Assembly: GCA_963728595.1 (NCBI GenBank)
Contig: CAVSLF010000005.1
Location: 12,783-76,782 of the forward strand
Length of the DNA: 64,000 nt
Reading direction: 5' to 3'
From: an uncultured Nitrososphaeraceae archaeon
GTDB taxonomy: Archaea; Thermoproteota; Nitrososphaeria; Nitrososphaerales; Nitrososphaeraceae
Shown here: positions 1-11,106 of the stretch, piece by piece
How the letters are laid out: each line of letters starts with the position of its first letter
Position numbering within the stretch: position 1 is the first letter of the stretch
Notes under the pieces: generated by a model
The model's database searches: none
Seen by the model: only the letters and a program-made list of their open reading frames with translations
Told to the model about the DNA's origin: nothing
Program-made: the position numbers and the translations under genes

Positions 1-682
1 TCTTTTGCCAGATTGTTTGTGTTTCTATGGGATGTTGTGTAGTAGTTACTCCACCTATTTTTTCATCTTTTATAAAAGGAGCAATCAATTTTTCTTTGAT
101 ATCTGGTGCCCAAATTGTGTCGCTATCCACCAGCGCAACTATGTTTCCGCCTGAGGCCACGATCCCATCAGCTAATGCTGGTCTTTTACCGGGTTTTGAG
201 GTAATTATCAGTTTACTCCATTTTTTGTCTTTTGAGAATTCGGTAAAGACGCTTATACAAGACTTATCCATATGATCGATTACAGCTATGATCTCGTCCG
301 GCTTATTTAACTCCCAAGATTTCAAGGCAGAACTGAATACTCTCGGATCTTCATTGTAAACTGGTGTGATAACAGAAAGTGTTATAGCGCTACTCTGCGA
401 AATCCTAAATTCGGAGATAGGTGAATAGAATTGTGCACATACTTTCTTAAATGTCCAGACTGCCCATCTCCAAGCCCCAATTAGTCCTAATGGTAGATAC
501 AACCAAAATTGCAGGACTATCCCATTAACTATGTCTGAGAAATCTGTTAGACCGAATTTCAAATATTTCTCTGCAGCATCACCAAAAAACGAGAAATCCA
601 AAAGAGGTATGATTAATAAAGGAAGGATAAATAGAAACACACTTAAAAATTCTGGCTTCAACATTTGCTTATTTTCAATCAC
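1..682 (-). CDS. Family 2 glycosyltransferase, hyaluronan/chitin-synthase-like membrane GT (partial, runs off window start)
   Basis: Not in ORF track. Manual minus-strand translation: N-terminal TM segments, SVITPVYNED, GKRPALADG, VALVDSDTIW (DxD), IGGVTT. Start GTG 682 or ATG 664. Confidence 0.85.
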   Translation of the reverse strand, partial: MIENKQMLKPEFLSVFLFILPLLIIPLLDFSFFGDAAEKYLKFGLTDFSDIVNGIVLQFWLYLPLGLIGAWRWAVWTFKKVCAQFYSPISEFRISQSSAITLSVITPVYNEDPRVFSSALKSWELNKPDEIIAVIDHMDKSCISVFTEFSKDKKWSKLIITSKPGKRPALADGIVASGGNIVALVDSDTIWAPDIKEKLIAPFIKDEKIGGVTTTQHPIETQTIWQK

Positions 683-871
683 CAAGATCGATTGCTTATA
701 TCTTTTATTGGTTTGAGTAGCAATTTAGAATGACTTTACTATCTATAGACGGTGTCTTAAGAAACTAACCCAAAATATCGGAATTTTACCTGTCGCTTTT
801 CTCTCTTAATAGACAAAAGTATTCCCCCTTACCGCCAATTGGATTAATTATATTTATCTTTATCTTTAGTA

Positions 872-2188
872 TCATTCCATCAATTCTGTATTTTGACTTC
901 GAGCTGACCTTACTATTTTGAAAGTAACCAGCAGACCTCCTAGGACTACAACAACTATGACTAATGTATTTGCAAAGTCGTAATGCCCTGAGCTCGTAGA
1001 ATGTATTCTAGTAAATACCTGAACATTGTCATTTTCTTTATCCGCAGCATATACCACTACGCTAGAAGAGTCAACAAATAAGCCACCTGAACTAGCACTC
1101 GCTAGACCAATCCCTGAAATGCCACCTAATGTATTGAACTGACCTTTGTTAGTACCACTCGAACCCCATTTTGTGATAAACTTTCCGTTACTATCGAACT
1201 TTTGAATTCGATCGTTTGTTATGTCTACCGCGTACACTAGTTTTCCTGTAGAGTCAACAAAAACACCCCTGGGAGCATTGAATTGACCATCGCCTTTTTG
1301 CAGTGGACCTGATCCATCTGGATCTATACATTCGGTACCTGTCTTGAAGTCACAGTGAGAACCCCATGTTGTGATGAAGTTTCCATTACTATCAAATTTT
1401 TGTATTCGATCGTTTTTAGAATCTGCCACATAGATATTCCTACCCAGATAGTCAACAGATACGCCCGTGGGGAAGCTGAATTGCCCATCACTAGCGCCAG
1501 GAGTACCCCACTTTGTAATAAAGTTTCCATTACTATCAAACTTTTGAATACGACTATTTCTAGAATCCGTGACATAAAGTATCTCACCTGATGAATCTAA
1601 TGCGACATCTCCTGGATGATCGAATTGACCATCGCCTTTTTGCAGTGGACCTGATCCATCTGGATCTATACATCCATCCTGTGTCCTCATCTTGCAGTGA
1701 GAACCCCATGTTGTGATGAAGTTTCCATTACTATCAAACTTTTGAATACGATCATTATCTGTGTCTACAACATAGACTACCCTACTTGAAGGATCAATTG
1801 CAATTTCTCCTGGAACCTTGAACTGACCTTTATCGGTCCCATTAGAACCCCATGTTGTGATGAAGTTTCCATTACTATCAAACTTTTGAATACGGCCGTT
1901 AAGATTATCAACTACATAAACTACATTGCTTAAAGGATCTAAAGCAATATCACCCGGACGATTGAATTGACCATCGCCTTTTTGCAGGGGACCTGATCCA
2001 TCTGGATCTACACATCCGCTGGCTGTTTTGAGTTCGCAGTGAGACCCCCACTTTTTAATTAATTTGTACTCGTCGGCATCTGCTAAAAGCATTGGAATGA
2101 AAATTAGTATTGAAACAAGCACAACCATAGCGGTCAACATAAATATCCTTCCAAAATATAGTTCGTTGAGATCGACTGTATGACACAA
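872..2188 (-). CDS. Secreted NHL-repeat 6-bladed beta-propeller with C-terminal membrane anchor
   Basis: Repeated GQFxxPxDIA...VYVVD..N.RIQKFDSNGNFITTWGS; N-terminal signal/TM and C-terminal TM. Confidence 0.9.
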   Translation of the reverse strand: MCHTVDLNELYFGRIFMLTAMVVLVSILIFIPMLLADADEYKLIKKWGSHCELKTASGCVDPDGSGPLQKGDGQFNRPGDIALDPLSNVVYVVDNLNGRIQKFDSNGNFITTWGSNGTDKGQFKVPGEIAIDPSSRVVYVVDTDNDRIQKFDSNGNFITTWGSHCKMRTQDGCIDPDGSGPLQKGDGQFDHPGDVALDSSGEILYVTDSRNSRIQKFDSNGNFITKWGTPGASDGQFSFPTGVSVDYLGRNIYVADSKNDRIQKFDSNGNFITTWGSHCDFKTGTECIDPDGSGPLQKGDGQFNAPRGVFVDSTGKLVYAVDITNDRIQKFDSNGKFITKWGSSGTNKGQFNTLGGISGIGLASASSGGLFVDSSSVVVYAADKENDNVQVFTRIHSTSSGHYDFANTLVIVVVVLGGLLVTFKIVRSARSQNTELME

Positions 2189-2353
2189 TCTGTATGTGAA
2201 TTTCTTGTGAACCGAGGTTTATAATATTGACTACTTAATTTGTATCACATCAACCGTTTATCACACCCACTTGCTTATGACCGGAGAAGGAGGGTTACCT
2301 ACGAATTAGGCTAATTCTTCTATCTAAGAATTATCATACTTTCTCGTGATGGG

Positions 2354-3769
2354 TTAGCCAAAATTGCTGGACTGATCTTTAAGAGGAGATATTCGCAATA
2401 TACCTCCGTGGGCGGAATGATATACGAGAATATACAGGTATCCATCTGGACCTACCTGAATGTCCGTAATCCGACCAAATCCTCGCCCAAAGACCATCCT
2501 TTGAAGTTCGTCCGTATTGTTTGCTACTTTATCAACAAGTGGGACGTCAAGTTTCAGATCTGTCCTATTTTGATCAAGGTCAAAATGATAAAGATAACCA
2601 TTAAGATAGTCACCTACAAACATATCATTATCATATTCGCTTCCAAGTTTGTCAGAATTCAAAAATCGGAGGGCTGTAGGTGCTACACTTTGATACCATA
2701 CAAATTTTGGAGCACCATATTTTCCTTTACCACCAAAGTTAACCAGGTCATCAGTATTGGACATAACTTCGCCTGAGTAGTTGCCCTGTGGTTCCCATAT
2801 TCCCTGCACCTTATTCCATCCGCTATTAAATCCAGCCTCAACTAGATTGATTTCATCCCCATACGCCGGCCCATTTTCTGTATCCCACAGCTCCCCAGTA
2901 ACGGGATCAAAATCCATACCAAAACTGTTTCTAATTCCATACGCGTAATAATCTGATAATGGGAATGAATTTCCCAAGAGACCAGAGATCGAACTTCCAT
3001 CCTGGGCGATGCGTAGTATCCCACCACTTCCAGAAGGTGATGTCCCGTTCTGGACATTCTGAGCCTGAGTATAGTGCGATCCTTCCGCTGAGTTCTTGAA
3101 ATCAACTAAATCACCCAAAACAAGATAAACGTTGTTATCAGGCCCAATTAAGATTTTGCCTCCGTTATGAATCGATCCTGGTGAGGCTGGCAGATCCAAA
3201 ATGAGTTTTGGATTTACAAGGGAATTGTTGATCAAATCATATCTGTAAAGACGATTACCTAGTGGATCTGTACCATTAATGGCGTCTTCACCATCTCTTG
3301 TTGGAACCTCTGTATAGTACAAGAAAATATAGTTCTTAGATTCGTTTGTACTCTTTGCTATAGCAATTCCTAATAGACCTCTGCTGCCCTTGGTGGCCAC
3401 GTTGACGTCAAGCAACGGCTCTGTGATCATAGTACCATTAATTATCCTCTTAACCGTGCCTTCATTTTTCTCCAAAACTAGGATATCGTCTTTCCCTAGG
3501 AAAGCCATGGAGGTAGGATGTCTAATCCCCTTGAATATAGATTCAATTTTTAAGTCCGGATCAATTATTATGGGACGATTGGAAGACGTAGCAGTGACTT
3601 GATCAGAATAACCAACTATGCTAATCAAACCCAAAACAATAAGAGGGGAGAGTGCGCTAAAAAGGGAAACCATTTCTTTGGATAAGTGTAGCACAGATGT
3701 AAATACCCCGTTACACAGAAGGAATGCACAGGCATATATCAATACTTTCTTTACCATGTGAATAATCAA
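2354..3769 (-). CDS. PQQ-dependent sugar dehydrogenase (GSDH family); true start probably downstream
   Basis: PTSMAFLG, RGLLGIA, HNGGKILIGPD, YAYGIRNSFGMDFDP, WDTENGP, GFGRITDI.VGPDG. Confidence 0.9.
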   Translation of the reverse strand: MIIHMVKKVLIYACAFLLCNGVFTSVLHLSKEMVSLFSALSPLIVLGLISIVGYSDQVTATSSNRPIIIDPDLKIESIFKGIRHPTSMAFLGKDDILVLEKNEGTVKRIINGTMITEPLLDVNVATKGSRGLLGIAIAKSTNESKNYIFLYYTEVPTRDGEDAINGTDPLGNRLYRYDLINNSLVNPKLILDLPASPGSIHNGGKILIGPDNNVYLVLGDLVDFKNSAEGSHYTQAQNVQNGTSPSGSGGILRIAQDGSSISGLLGNSFPLSDYYAYGIRNSFGMDFDPVTGELWDTENGPAYGDEINLVEAGFNSGWNKVQGIWEPQGNYSGEVMSNTDDLVNFGGKGKYGAPKFVWYQSVAPTALRFLNSDKLGSEYDNDMFVGDYLNGYLYHFDLDQNRTDLKLDVPLVDKVANNTDELQRMVFGRGFGRITDIQVGPDGYLYILVYHSAHGGILRISPLKDQSSNFG

Positions 3770-3829
3770 TTAGCAACAATCGGCATTTCGCTCATTCTTG
3801 CATTTGCGCAACAAAGTTCGAACGAATTC

Positions 3830-5483
3830 TTAGTAGTTCGTTCTAATTTCGACTGTAGTCCCTCCGAGATTTTGCCTCATACTGCCAAATGGATACTTAT
3901 CGAAATCATAATCATCGGCAGTTCCGCGGAATACAGCAATCTTTGTTGAATTCTCATATAGCGCCTGCAGTCGCGCCACATTATTTTTAACTGCTCCCTC
4001 ATCCGAACTATCTGCAATAAAATTCTTGAAATACTTGTCGAACATTAATACGGTCTTTTCAGATTGGATTGAACCGGATTTCTTGAATGTAGGAAGCGCC
4101 TGATCGTAGTCGAAGACATAAATCATTATCCAAGAGTACATAGGGCTTGATAAGATGGTGACGTTACTATTTTCAGCATATTTATTACCATGTATTTGTT
4201 GAGAAACGAATGTTGCTGCTTCCATCTGAAATGATGCGACATTTGTTGTTATCAACATTGTAGTACTAACCAATCCAAAAATGCCTATTGCAGCAATAGG
4301 CAGCAAAGGGTAATATTCGTTGGAGCTTTTTATTATTAATCTTATTTGATAGGCCGATGATTAGATTTCCTCCTGCAATACAAAATGCGGGAAACACAAC
4401 AATCCAGTGAAAGTGTGATACGTATCCTATACCATAGAGGAAGACCAGAAATGGAACTGTTGCGAATATGATGAACAAATCCTTTTTTAGGATTGCAAAT
4501 ATAATGCCGGCCATCCCCAATACAAATAGAACTGGATCTATTTGCAAGAACATAACAAAGGCATCAAACAATGGTTTATTCTGGCGCTCGGCCTGCCAGA
4601 AAATTCCATCTATCCATCCATCAAATTGGCCAACAGATATAGCATAAGCAGGCCAAATTAGCGGAATTGCGATAACGGGAATGAACCATAATCCAAGTAC
4701 TCTTAAGCTCCTGTTACTATTTGTATATATTAAAAATCCAACTAGTGGAATCATGGTAAATGCAGGGATTTTTGTAAATATAGCGAGTCCCAGTAAAACA
4801 CCTGAGATTAAGATTATTGGAATCTTATTATTCTGCTTATTATTACTATTATCATCATTATTATTTGCTTTTGCTTTGATTATCTGTTTGTTTATGTTCT
4901 CTTTTGCCGAATCTCTTCTTACGTAAATGGCGAATAATATTGAAGAGAGGAGAAAAGGCAGTAGAATTGAATCTAATAATATCCTTCTTGTCAACCAAGT
5001 TAACGGCATCACGGCAAAAAGGATAGCTGCAACTAATGCTACATTCCTCCCATATCGATATTGTGCTATCTTATAAACAAGAAATGTATCTAGTATAGCA
5101 AGAATTCCCATCAAAACTCTTGGAGCCATATAGAGCATTTCGATGTAATGTACATCCTCTACAGTAGTATCAACATCTGTATTAGTGGGTGATGAGGAGG
5201 AGGAAAATGAAGAAGGAGAAGAAGATACTACAGAGTTTGGGAATCCAATCGAGCCTAGCACTCCTGCCAAGAACAGTTGCCCAAAGTAGGGATGGTCATA
5301 CCTAAAATCGGCTTCTTGCGGGCCTAGACCTTTCATTACGTGCATGGCTCTTCTCATATAATGACCTTCATCTCCATGTACAAAGGGAAATCCTACGGGA
5401 TTCCAAAGATGGGTAAAGGCTGATAAGACCAGCGGTATAGCCAGAAAGAGGATATTTAGAGACGGGGCATTCTTAAGAGACAC
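3830..5483 (-). CDS. GT39/ArnT/PMT-like membrane glycosyltransferase, frameshifted near 4300 (ORFs 4266-5483 and 3830-4306)
   Basis: DEGHY, YDHPYFGQLFLA, many TM helices, LAIFTK; overlapping ORFs join at ILPFAA/LPIAAIG. Confidence 0.8.
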
Positions 5484-5910
5484 GTCGAGATTTAACTTCA
5501 GTGTTCGTCAACCTAGTGTATGTATTGAGTATTTTTTAAGATTTTGTATTAGGTTGTCTACCTTTCTATTATTATTTAATTTCCTACGTTTTACATGCAT
5601 AGAAACTTTTTATAAACTAATGTAATGGCTGTTATTCGACGATGTGACGGTTGCAACAGAGTCATTATTTTTTTTAATCTCTCAATGCCATCTAGTACGT
5701 CATTGTAATGTTGTTGTAATTTTGATTACCGCCGAAAGCGCGTGTATATTAACAGCGGAAACAATTGACCTAATTTTCTATAAATCTTCAGTCTTGCTGT
5801 CTATTCCACTTACATTACTTGTAGATTCATTTACAGTAGTCGCGCCTGAAGCATATAAGAAAATGAAATATGATTCTCCATTTTCATCACGTGATAGAGC
5901 ATCATTTTGA

Positions 5911-7194
5911 ATGAGTTCTAGTAACGATAAGGAAGAAAAAAGTCAATCTAATTCTATCAAACTGGGCTTACGTCCAAATATTCAGCAGTTTCTAATTCTG
6001 GTTTTAGTTAATGCTTTTGTAGGTGCTATGATAGGATTAGAACAGACTGTAGTTCCTCTTATAGGAAAGAATGAGTTTGGTATAGAATCAAATGCAATAA
6101 TAGTGTCTTTCATAGCCAGTTTTGGAGCAGTAAAGGCCGTTTTGAATCTCTTTGCGGGCAATCTATCTGATAAATGGGGGAGAAAGAATGTATTAGTATT
6201 AGGTTGGATTTTTGGTATTCCTGTTCCAGTTATACTACTATTAGCACCTGACTGGAATTGGATTATCTTCGCTAACGTTTTGCTTGGAATAAACCAAGGA
6301 TTGGCTTGGTCAATGACTGTCAATATGAAAATAGACTTAGTTGGAAAGACACAGAGGGGACTAGCACTAGGTCTTAATGAATTTGCGGGATATGTTTCAG
6401 TTGCTGCGATTGGATTTATGACTGGTTATTTGGCATCGACATTTGGATTAAAGCCATATCCATTTTACATAGGTATCCTATTTGCCATTCTTGGGTTGGC
6501 AATATCTTGGATTATTGTAAAGGATACAAGAAAGTTTACTGCTCTGGAGATTAAAAATGACGCTTTAGAGTCAACCGATATAGAAACTAGTGCCAATGAC
6601 CTTAACTTTAAAGAAGTTTTTCTTCAAACTTCCTGGAAGAATCGGACACTCCTATCTATTAGTCAAGCAGGCTTGATCAATAATTTGATTTTTGGAGTAA
6701 CATGGGGTTTATTTACCCTCTACTTTGCATCATTTGCAATAGGAATCAGCGAAATTGGTTTTTTGAAGGCACTTCATCCTGGTCTATGGGGAGTTCTGCA
6801 ACTATTAACTGGAACTCTTAGTGATAAGGTAGGAAGGAAGATTCTCATCTATCCAGGTATGATTATCCAAGGCATTGGAGTTTGGGTAGTATTATTCGTA
6901 AATTTCTATTGGGGCTGGATTGTGGGAATGTCTTTACTTGGCATAGGAACTGCTCTAGTTTATCCTACTTTGCTTGCTGCAATAAGTGATGTGGCGAATC
7001 CAAAATGGAGAGCGACATCCTTAGGTGTCTACAGATTTTGGAGAGATCTAGGATTTGTATTTGGAGCAATCGGAATTGGGTTTCTAGCAGATCTGTTTGG
7101 ATTGAATATTGCTATTCAACTAGTAGCATTTCTTGCGGTAGGATCAGGAATTTTTGTTCTAACAGTAATGAAAGAAACTAGAAGGCTAAGATAA
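5911..7194 (+). CDS. MFS transporter
   Basis: About 12 TM segments; motif A twice (GNLSDKWGRK, GTLSDKVGRK). Confidence 0.93.
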   Translation: MSSSNDKEEKSQSNSIKLGLRPNIQQFLILVLVNAFVGAMIGLEQTVVPLIGKNEFGIESNAIIVSFIASFGAVKAVLNLFAGNLSDKWGRKNVLVLGWIFGIPVPVILLLAPDWNWIIFANVLLGINQGLAWSMTVNMKIDLVGKTQRGLALGLNEFAGYVSVAAIGFMTGYLASTFGLKPYPFYIGILFAILGLAISWIIVKDTRKFTALEIKNDALESTDIETSANDLNFKEVFLQTSWKNRTLLSISQAGLINNLIFGVTWGLFTLYFASFAIGISEIGFLKALHPGLWGVLQLLTGTLSDKVGRKILIYPGMIIQGIGVWVVLFVNFYWGWIVGMSLLGIGTALVYPTLLAAISDVANPKWRATSLGVYRFWRDLGFVFGAIGIGFLADLFGLNIAIQLVAFLAVGSGIFVLTVMKETRRLR

Positions 7195-7607
7195 TGCCAA
7201 ATATACTCTTTTGTCGAATCCCACTCCCCGCGTTATAATCTCGGATTCATCCAGAAACCAAATAAACCTCATCCAGCACATTTTGATTATCTTTGGTTTA
7301 ACAGGAGAGTGACATTGAGATAAAAGTGAAAATACAGGCTATTAGCGATGAAGTCCGACATGCTGGGCTTGATGAAAAATAAATACTATCTGTCAATATC
7401 AACCCGCTTTCATAAGAAATAGCCTGTTACGACTCGCGAGCGAAAGTTGTGAGAATGTAGAGATAGTCTGTCACTATATAACCGCAGTTCAAATTTCATG
7501 AGAAAGGAGTTATTCTAAATGATTCAGAACAAATGACGCCTGTTCATGCTTTTGTTGTAAATTTATGATGAATAATGATGTAGGAAATAGGGAAAGCAAC
7601 ACGCGGT

Positions 7608-8678
7608 TTGAGAACAGTAAAGAATAGAGGTGAGTTCACAGGAATACTTGTTGTGGGTGAATATTACTGCAACGATGCGAGCTGTGAAAGGACAAGGAGG
7701 GGAGAGAAACATCCAGTCCATTACTCAGAGTCCGTTCGTACAATATCAGTTGAACTAAAAAGTTCTCCACGACTTCTTATACTAAATGAAAGGACTGATA
7801 CCGTTTATTTAGTATGCAAGGATTCCATTCTCGTTATAGACGGGAATACAGATAGTATAATAGATACAATCACAGACAGAGCCAAACACTTTGCATTGAA
7901 TTCCGACACTAACAAAGCATATGTGGTATTAAATAAAGGAATTGCAGTGATTGATGCATCATCAAACGAAATAATAAACCAATTATTTGAGGAATACAAA
8001 TTCAGCCAAGTTTGCATTAATCAAAGCAAGAACGTAATTTACGCTGCAAATGTATCATCTGACAATATCTATGTAATTGAGGGTTCTTTCCATAAATTAG
8101 TAAGCCAAATCAAGGTTATGAAAAAGCCCAGTGCCTTGGCGTGCAACGTAAAAGAGAACAAACTTTTTGTTGCACACGAAAATAATGCAATAATTGTGAT
8201 TGATTGTTCAACGAATAGTGTTATAGAAAATATCATTGTTCCTGCCCCGGCGTCTTCTGTCAACAACTCTTGTGAGCCTTACATTAACCAGAAGATTAAC
8301 GTGATGTACGTATTATTAAGGTCAATCCTGCTAGATGGTAATGGCGTAGGCCACGAGCTAGATTCGCTCTATGTTTTAGACAGTAATACTAAGAATCTAG
8401 TGAACGTATTAAACCCAAGAACGGGACTAAAAGCTCAAACATTCTTAACCAGCGATGGGCACGAGAGCTTTGCGATAAATGTCATTTCTAGTGACATATA
8501 TTTGACAGATGTTAGTAAGAAATTACTCCATATCATGAATTCGCAGGGAGAGGTAATTCACGAGTTACCAATCAGCAAATCCTGTGTTGACATCGCTATA
8601 AATTCTGTAAAAAATAAGTTATACTTGGCAAATTCGGGTTTCTTCAAGAAATCATTGGAAATAAAATATTTAACTTGA
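7608..8678 (+). CDS. YncE/YVTN-type beta-propeller protein with N-terminal Cys/His segment
   Basis: Repeats of N..YV......I.VID..TN.II; start uncertain. Confidence 0.75.
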   Translation: MRTVKNRGEFTGILVVGEYYCNDASCERTRRGEKHPVHYSESVRTISVELKSSPRLLILNERTDTVYLVCKDSILVIDGNTDSIIDTITDRAKHFALNSDTNKAYVVLNKGIAVIDASSNEIINQLFEEYKFSQVCINQSKNVIYAANVSSDNIYVIEGSFHKLVSQIKVMKKPSALACNVKENKLFVAHENNAIIVIDCSTNSVIENIIVPAPASSVNNSCEPYINQKINVMYVLLRSILLDGNGVGHELDSLYVLDSNTKNLVNVLNPRTGLKAQTFLTSDGHESFAINVISSDIYLTDVSKKLLHIMNSQGEVIHELPISKSCVDIAINSVKNKLYLANSGFFKKSLEIKYLT

Positions 8679-8741
8679 AAGAGGTTGAAGTACCAAAACA
8701 CATGGCATCCGGTTCTTTATCATAGCTATCAGTTACACAAG

Positions 8742-9530
8742 TTACATTAACAAATTTTTCAATAAACCTGGATATCTCATATGTATTGCCAAAGGGATTG
8801 TGACATATCTGTCGTTGTTCGAGATTCCCCAAAAATATCTCTGAAAGAACTTATCAAATAATACACAAGGAATGTCGTGTAATTTAAAAAAATACATGTT
8901 AAGTTGTTGTGTTATAGGAACCTTCTCATCGACTTGGACCAGGTTGTTCTTGATTAAGAGACTACGCCAGATATTTCCATTAAAAATAAGTAATTTCGGA
9001 TTATATCTCCTAATAAACTCTAAACTATTCTTATAACGCTCTGTCAAATATGTTAACTGGAAGGATGAAAAGTCAGATGGCATTGTTATTCCTTCAGATT
9101 GGTAAGGAATCAATTCTATATTGGCTAGATATTTATCAAATAGTCTCCATTTACCGTCGTTGGAATACTGCTTCTTTAATAGTCCTGATAATAAATACCC
9201 TAATGCCGCATAGTATGGAGATTGAAATTCACTTCTTGAAATGAATTGAAAAAAATTGAGGCAAAAATTCTGGTAATATTGCCAAGATTGTCTTTCTTCG
9301 AGTTCTTCTTTTGGGTTATTCGTAGAGGCATATCTTGGATTTAGACCAAACATGATAATAGATGCTCCCTCAAACTTGCCAACAAAGTAGACTGGGCAGT
9401 TATCCCCCTTCAATCTATTCTTTCCTCTTAAATGGAACATATCTGAGATGGACTCAACCTTTTTTTGATATTCTGCGGGTCTATTAATACAAAGTTCGTA
9501 TTCGTCCCTAGCTTCTTGGAGTAAGTCCAA
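8742..9530 (-). CDS. Hypothetical protein, uracil-DNA-glycosylase-superfamily-like (Brig1-like)
   Basis: PVYFVG...ASIIMFGLNP, ANIELIPYQS, PKLLIFNG. Confidence 0.5.
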   Translation of the reverse strand: MDLLQEARDEYELCINRPAEYQKKVESISDMFHLRGKNRLKGDNCPVYFVGKFEGASIIMFGLNPRYASTNNPKEELEERQSWQYYQNFCLNFFQFISRSEFQSPYYAALGYLLSGLLKKQYSNDGKWRLFDKYLANIELIPYQSEGITMPSDFSSFQLTYLTERYKNSLEFIRRYNPKLLIFNGNIWRSLLIKNNLVQVDEKVPITQQLNMYFFKLHDIPCVLFDKFFQRYFWGISNNDRYVTIPLAIHMRYPGLLKNLLM

Positions 9531-9674
9531 TATTACTGGGTACCTACTCTTATCAACAGAATCTCACCTTAGCTCTCATATCCTATACCGTCTTTGTCTC
9601 TATCGAACCCGTGTGGGTCAGGCGCTTGTACGGTAAATCTCTTCTGAGAGATGTCTGGACAATTCATGTCAATA

Positions 9675-9887
9675 TCAAAAAAGAGTGGGGTCTTTGTCGC
9701 TAGGTTTCATTGGAATAGTTATCGTATCTCCGCCAGTTATGTTTTCCATGATTGTAGAATTAGTAGCATTGGTAATAGTCGAGTTATCGTTACTGTTGTT
9801 TGAGCAATATGCTATTGCTACATTTGTTGCAAACCCAAGAGTTAGCAAAAAAATTACGGCAATTAAGAATGTCAGAACAAGAACCAA
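9675..9887 (-). CDS. Small secreted Asn/Thr-rich protein
   Basis: Signal peptide then NST/NAT/NIT sequons. Confidence 0.55.
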   Translation of the reverse strand: MVLVLTFLIAVIFLLTLGFATNVAIAYCSNNSNDNSTITNATNSTIMENITGGDTITIPMKPSDKDPTLF

Positions 9888-10205
9888 TTCTTTTACCTTA
9901 TTAGATATTAGACACTATCAGTAATAAATGGTTTTAAAGTTTCTTTAACCCTGTATGGCATACTAGACTCACTCAGTGCAGGGCAGTCGGCTTAAGCCAG
10001 ATTAGGACTCTGTACACGGAATATTTAACCCGCATAAATCGTGGCAGATGAAGAATCAACCCCAGTAGTTAGGCTTGAAATTGTCAAAGTATATTTGAAT
10101 TACATCTAAATCTCCTTTGTTGTAAGAGTAAGAAGGAGGACTTCGCTATTTTCAAGTGTTTTTCAGTATACTTTAAGTTTTATATGACAATACTTGTAAG
10201 TATAT

Positions 10206-10442
10206 TTGATGACAGCAGACTTGGAATTATGCGCTAATTGTAGTAAAGGATATCTTAGACCAACAGCTGAAGCAGCAACAGCGGGTGAGAGTACTGAACC
10301 GGTTGGAGAAATTAGTGATGTACATATTTATGCCTGTGATAATTGTGGACATAGAGAATCTAAAGCAGTCCTGAAGGAATACATTCCAGTATCTGATGAC
10401 GTAACCGCCAAAGTAATCAAGGCTGACGAAGGCAAGGAATGA
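10206..10442 (+). CDS. Zn-ribbon microprotein, family A copy 1
   Basis: CANC.KGYLRPT...YACDNC; similar to 16690, 27538, 34634. Confidence 0.75.
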   Translation: MMTADLELCANCSKGYLRPTAEAATAGESTEPVGEISDVHIYACDNCGHRESKAVLKEYIPVSDDVTAKVIKADEGKE

Positions 10443-10549
10443 AATAAAAATAGAACTCTTACAAATATCGTCGATAGTTTAACCGATAATAGAGATTGTA
10501 TGATGTTTATACCTGTTCTATGTATCCCCGTCTAGAAGGAAAATCTAGG

Positions 10550-11106
10550 CTAGGCCTTAGTTATTTCATCATTATTTTGGTTCTGTTGTAAATCGGACTC
10601 TTTCTCAGCTGTCTTTTCATTCTCTTGTTTTTGTTCTTGAATTTTAGGGGCTAGCTCCTCATAAATGATACCACTTGAAGTGTACGCAACTCCTCCTATG
10701 AGAGCCTCTCCGGCTTCATATGCAGCAATCACCTCTTTCTTTGGTATGATGTGTGATTGATGTTGTGATTAAATTTTATTATTGCAGAATTTAACATTCT
10801 CCATGCATTCCGAACGTTGTTAGACTTTGTTCCTAGATTAAAGGCCGTCAACATAGATATGGATACTGCGGCTACAAATGCAAAGGCTCTCGCCCAGCCA
10901 ATGTAAGGGTCACCCATTAGAGCTGCAGCAAGTAGGGAAAAGAAGGTGGCTAGCACTCCTAATGTGATGTGGATTGCCCAAAGTCTAGTCGTATTGTAAC
11001 TCCATAGTTTCAAATATGTTAACATGTCTGGCAGTTCTCTTTCAACTCGTGTTCCCCGATAAGCCTCAGACATATCAGGGATGGGACGTAGCAGGCAATT
11101 TTTCAT
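10550..11106 (-). CDS. Two-TM SLATT/DUF4231-like protein, frameshifted at 10748-10770
   Basis: Two TM helices then NxRNAWRML; imperfect tandem duplication gatgtgtgatt/gatgttgtgatt shifts the frame before PKKEVIAAYEAGE. Confidence 0.55.

Noticed and set aside
27..716. Plus-strand ORFs 27-275 and 531-716
   Set aside because: Antisense shadows of the GT2 gene; the same applies to most short ORFs overlapping longer genes.
1270..2055. Near-identical DNA repeats suggesting CRISPR or a DGR template
   Set aside because: In-frame NHL coding repeats; no cas or reverse transcriptase gene in the window.
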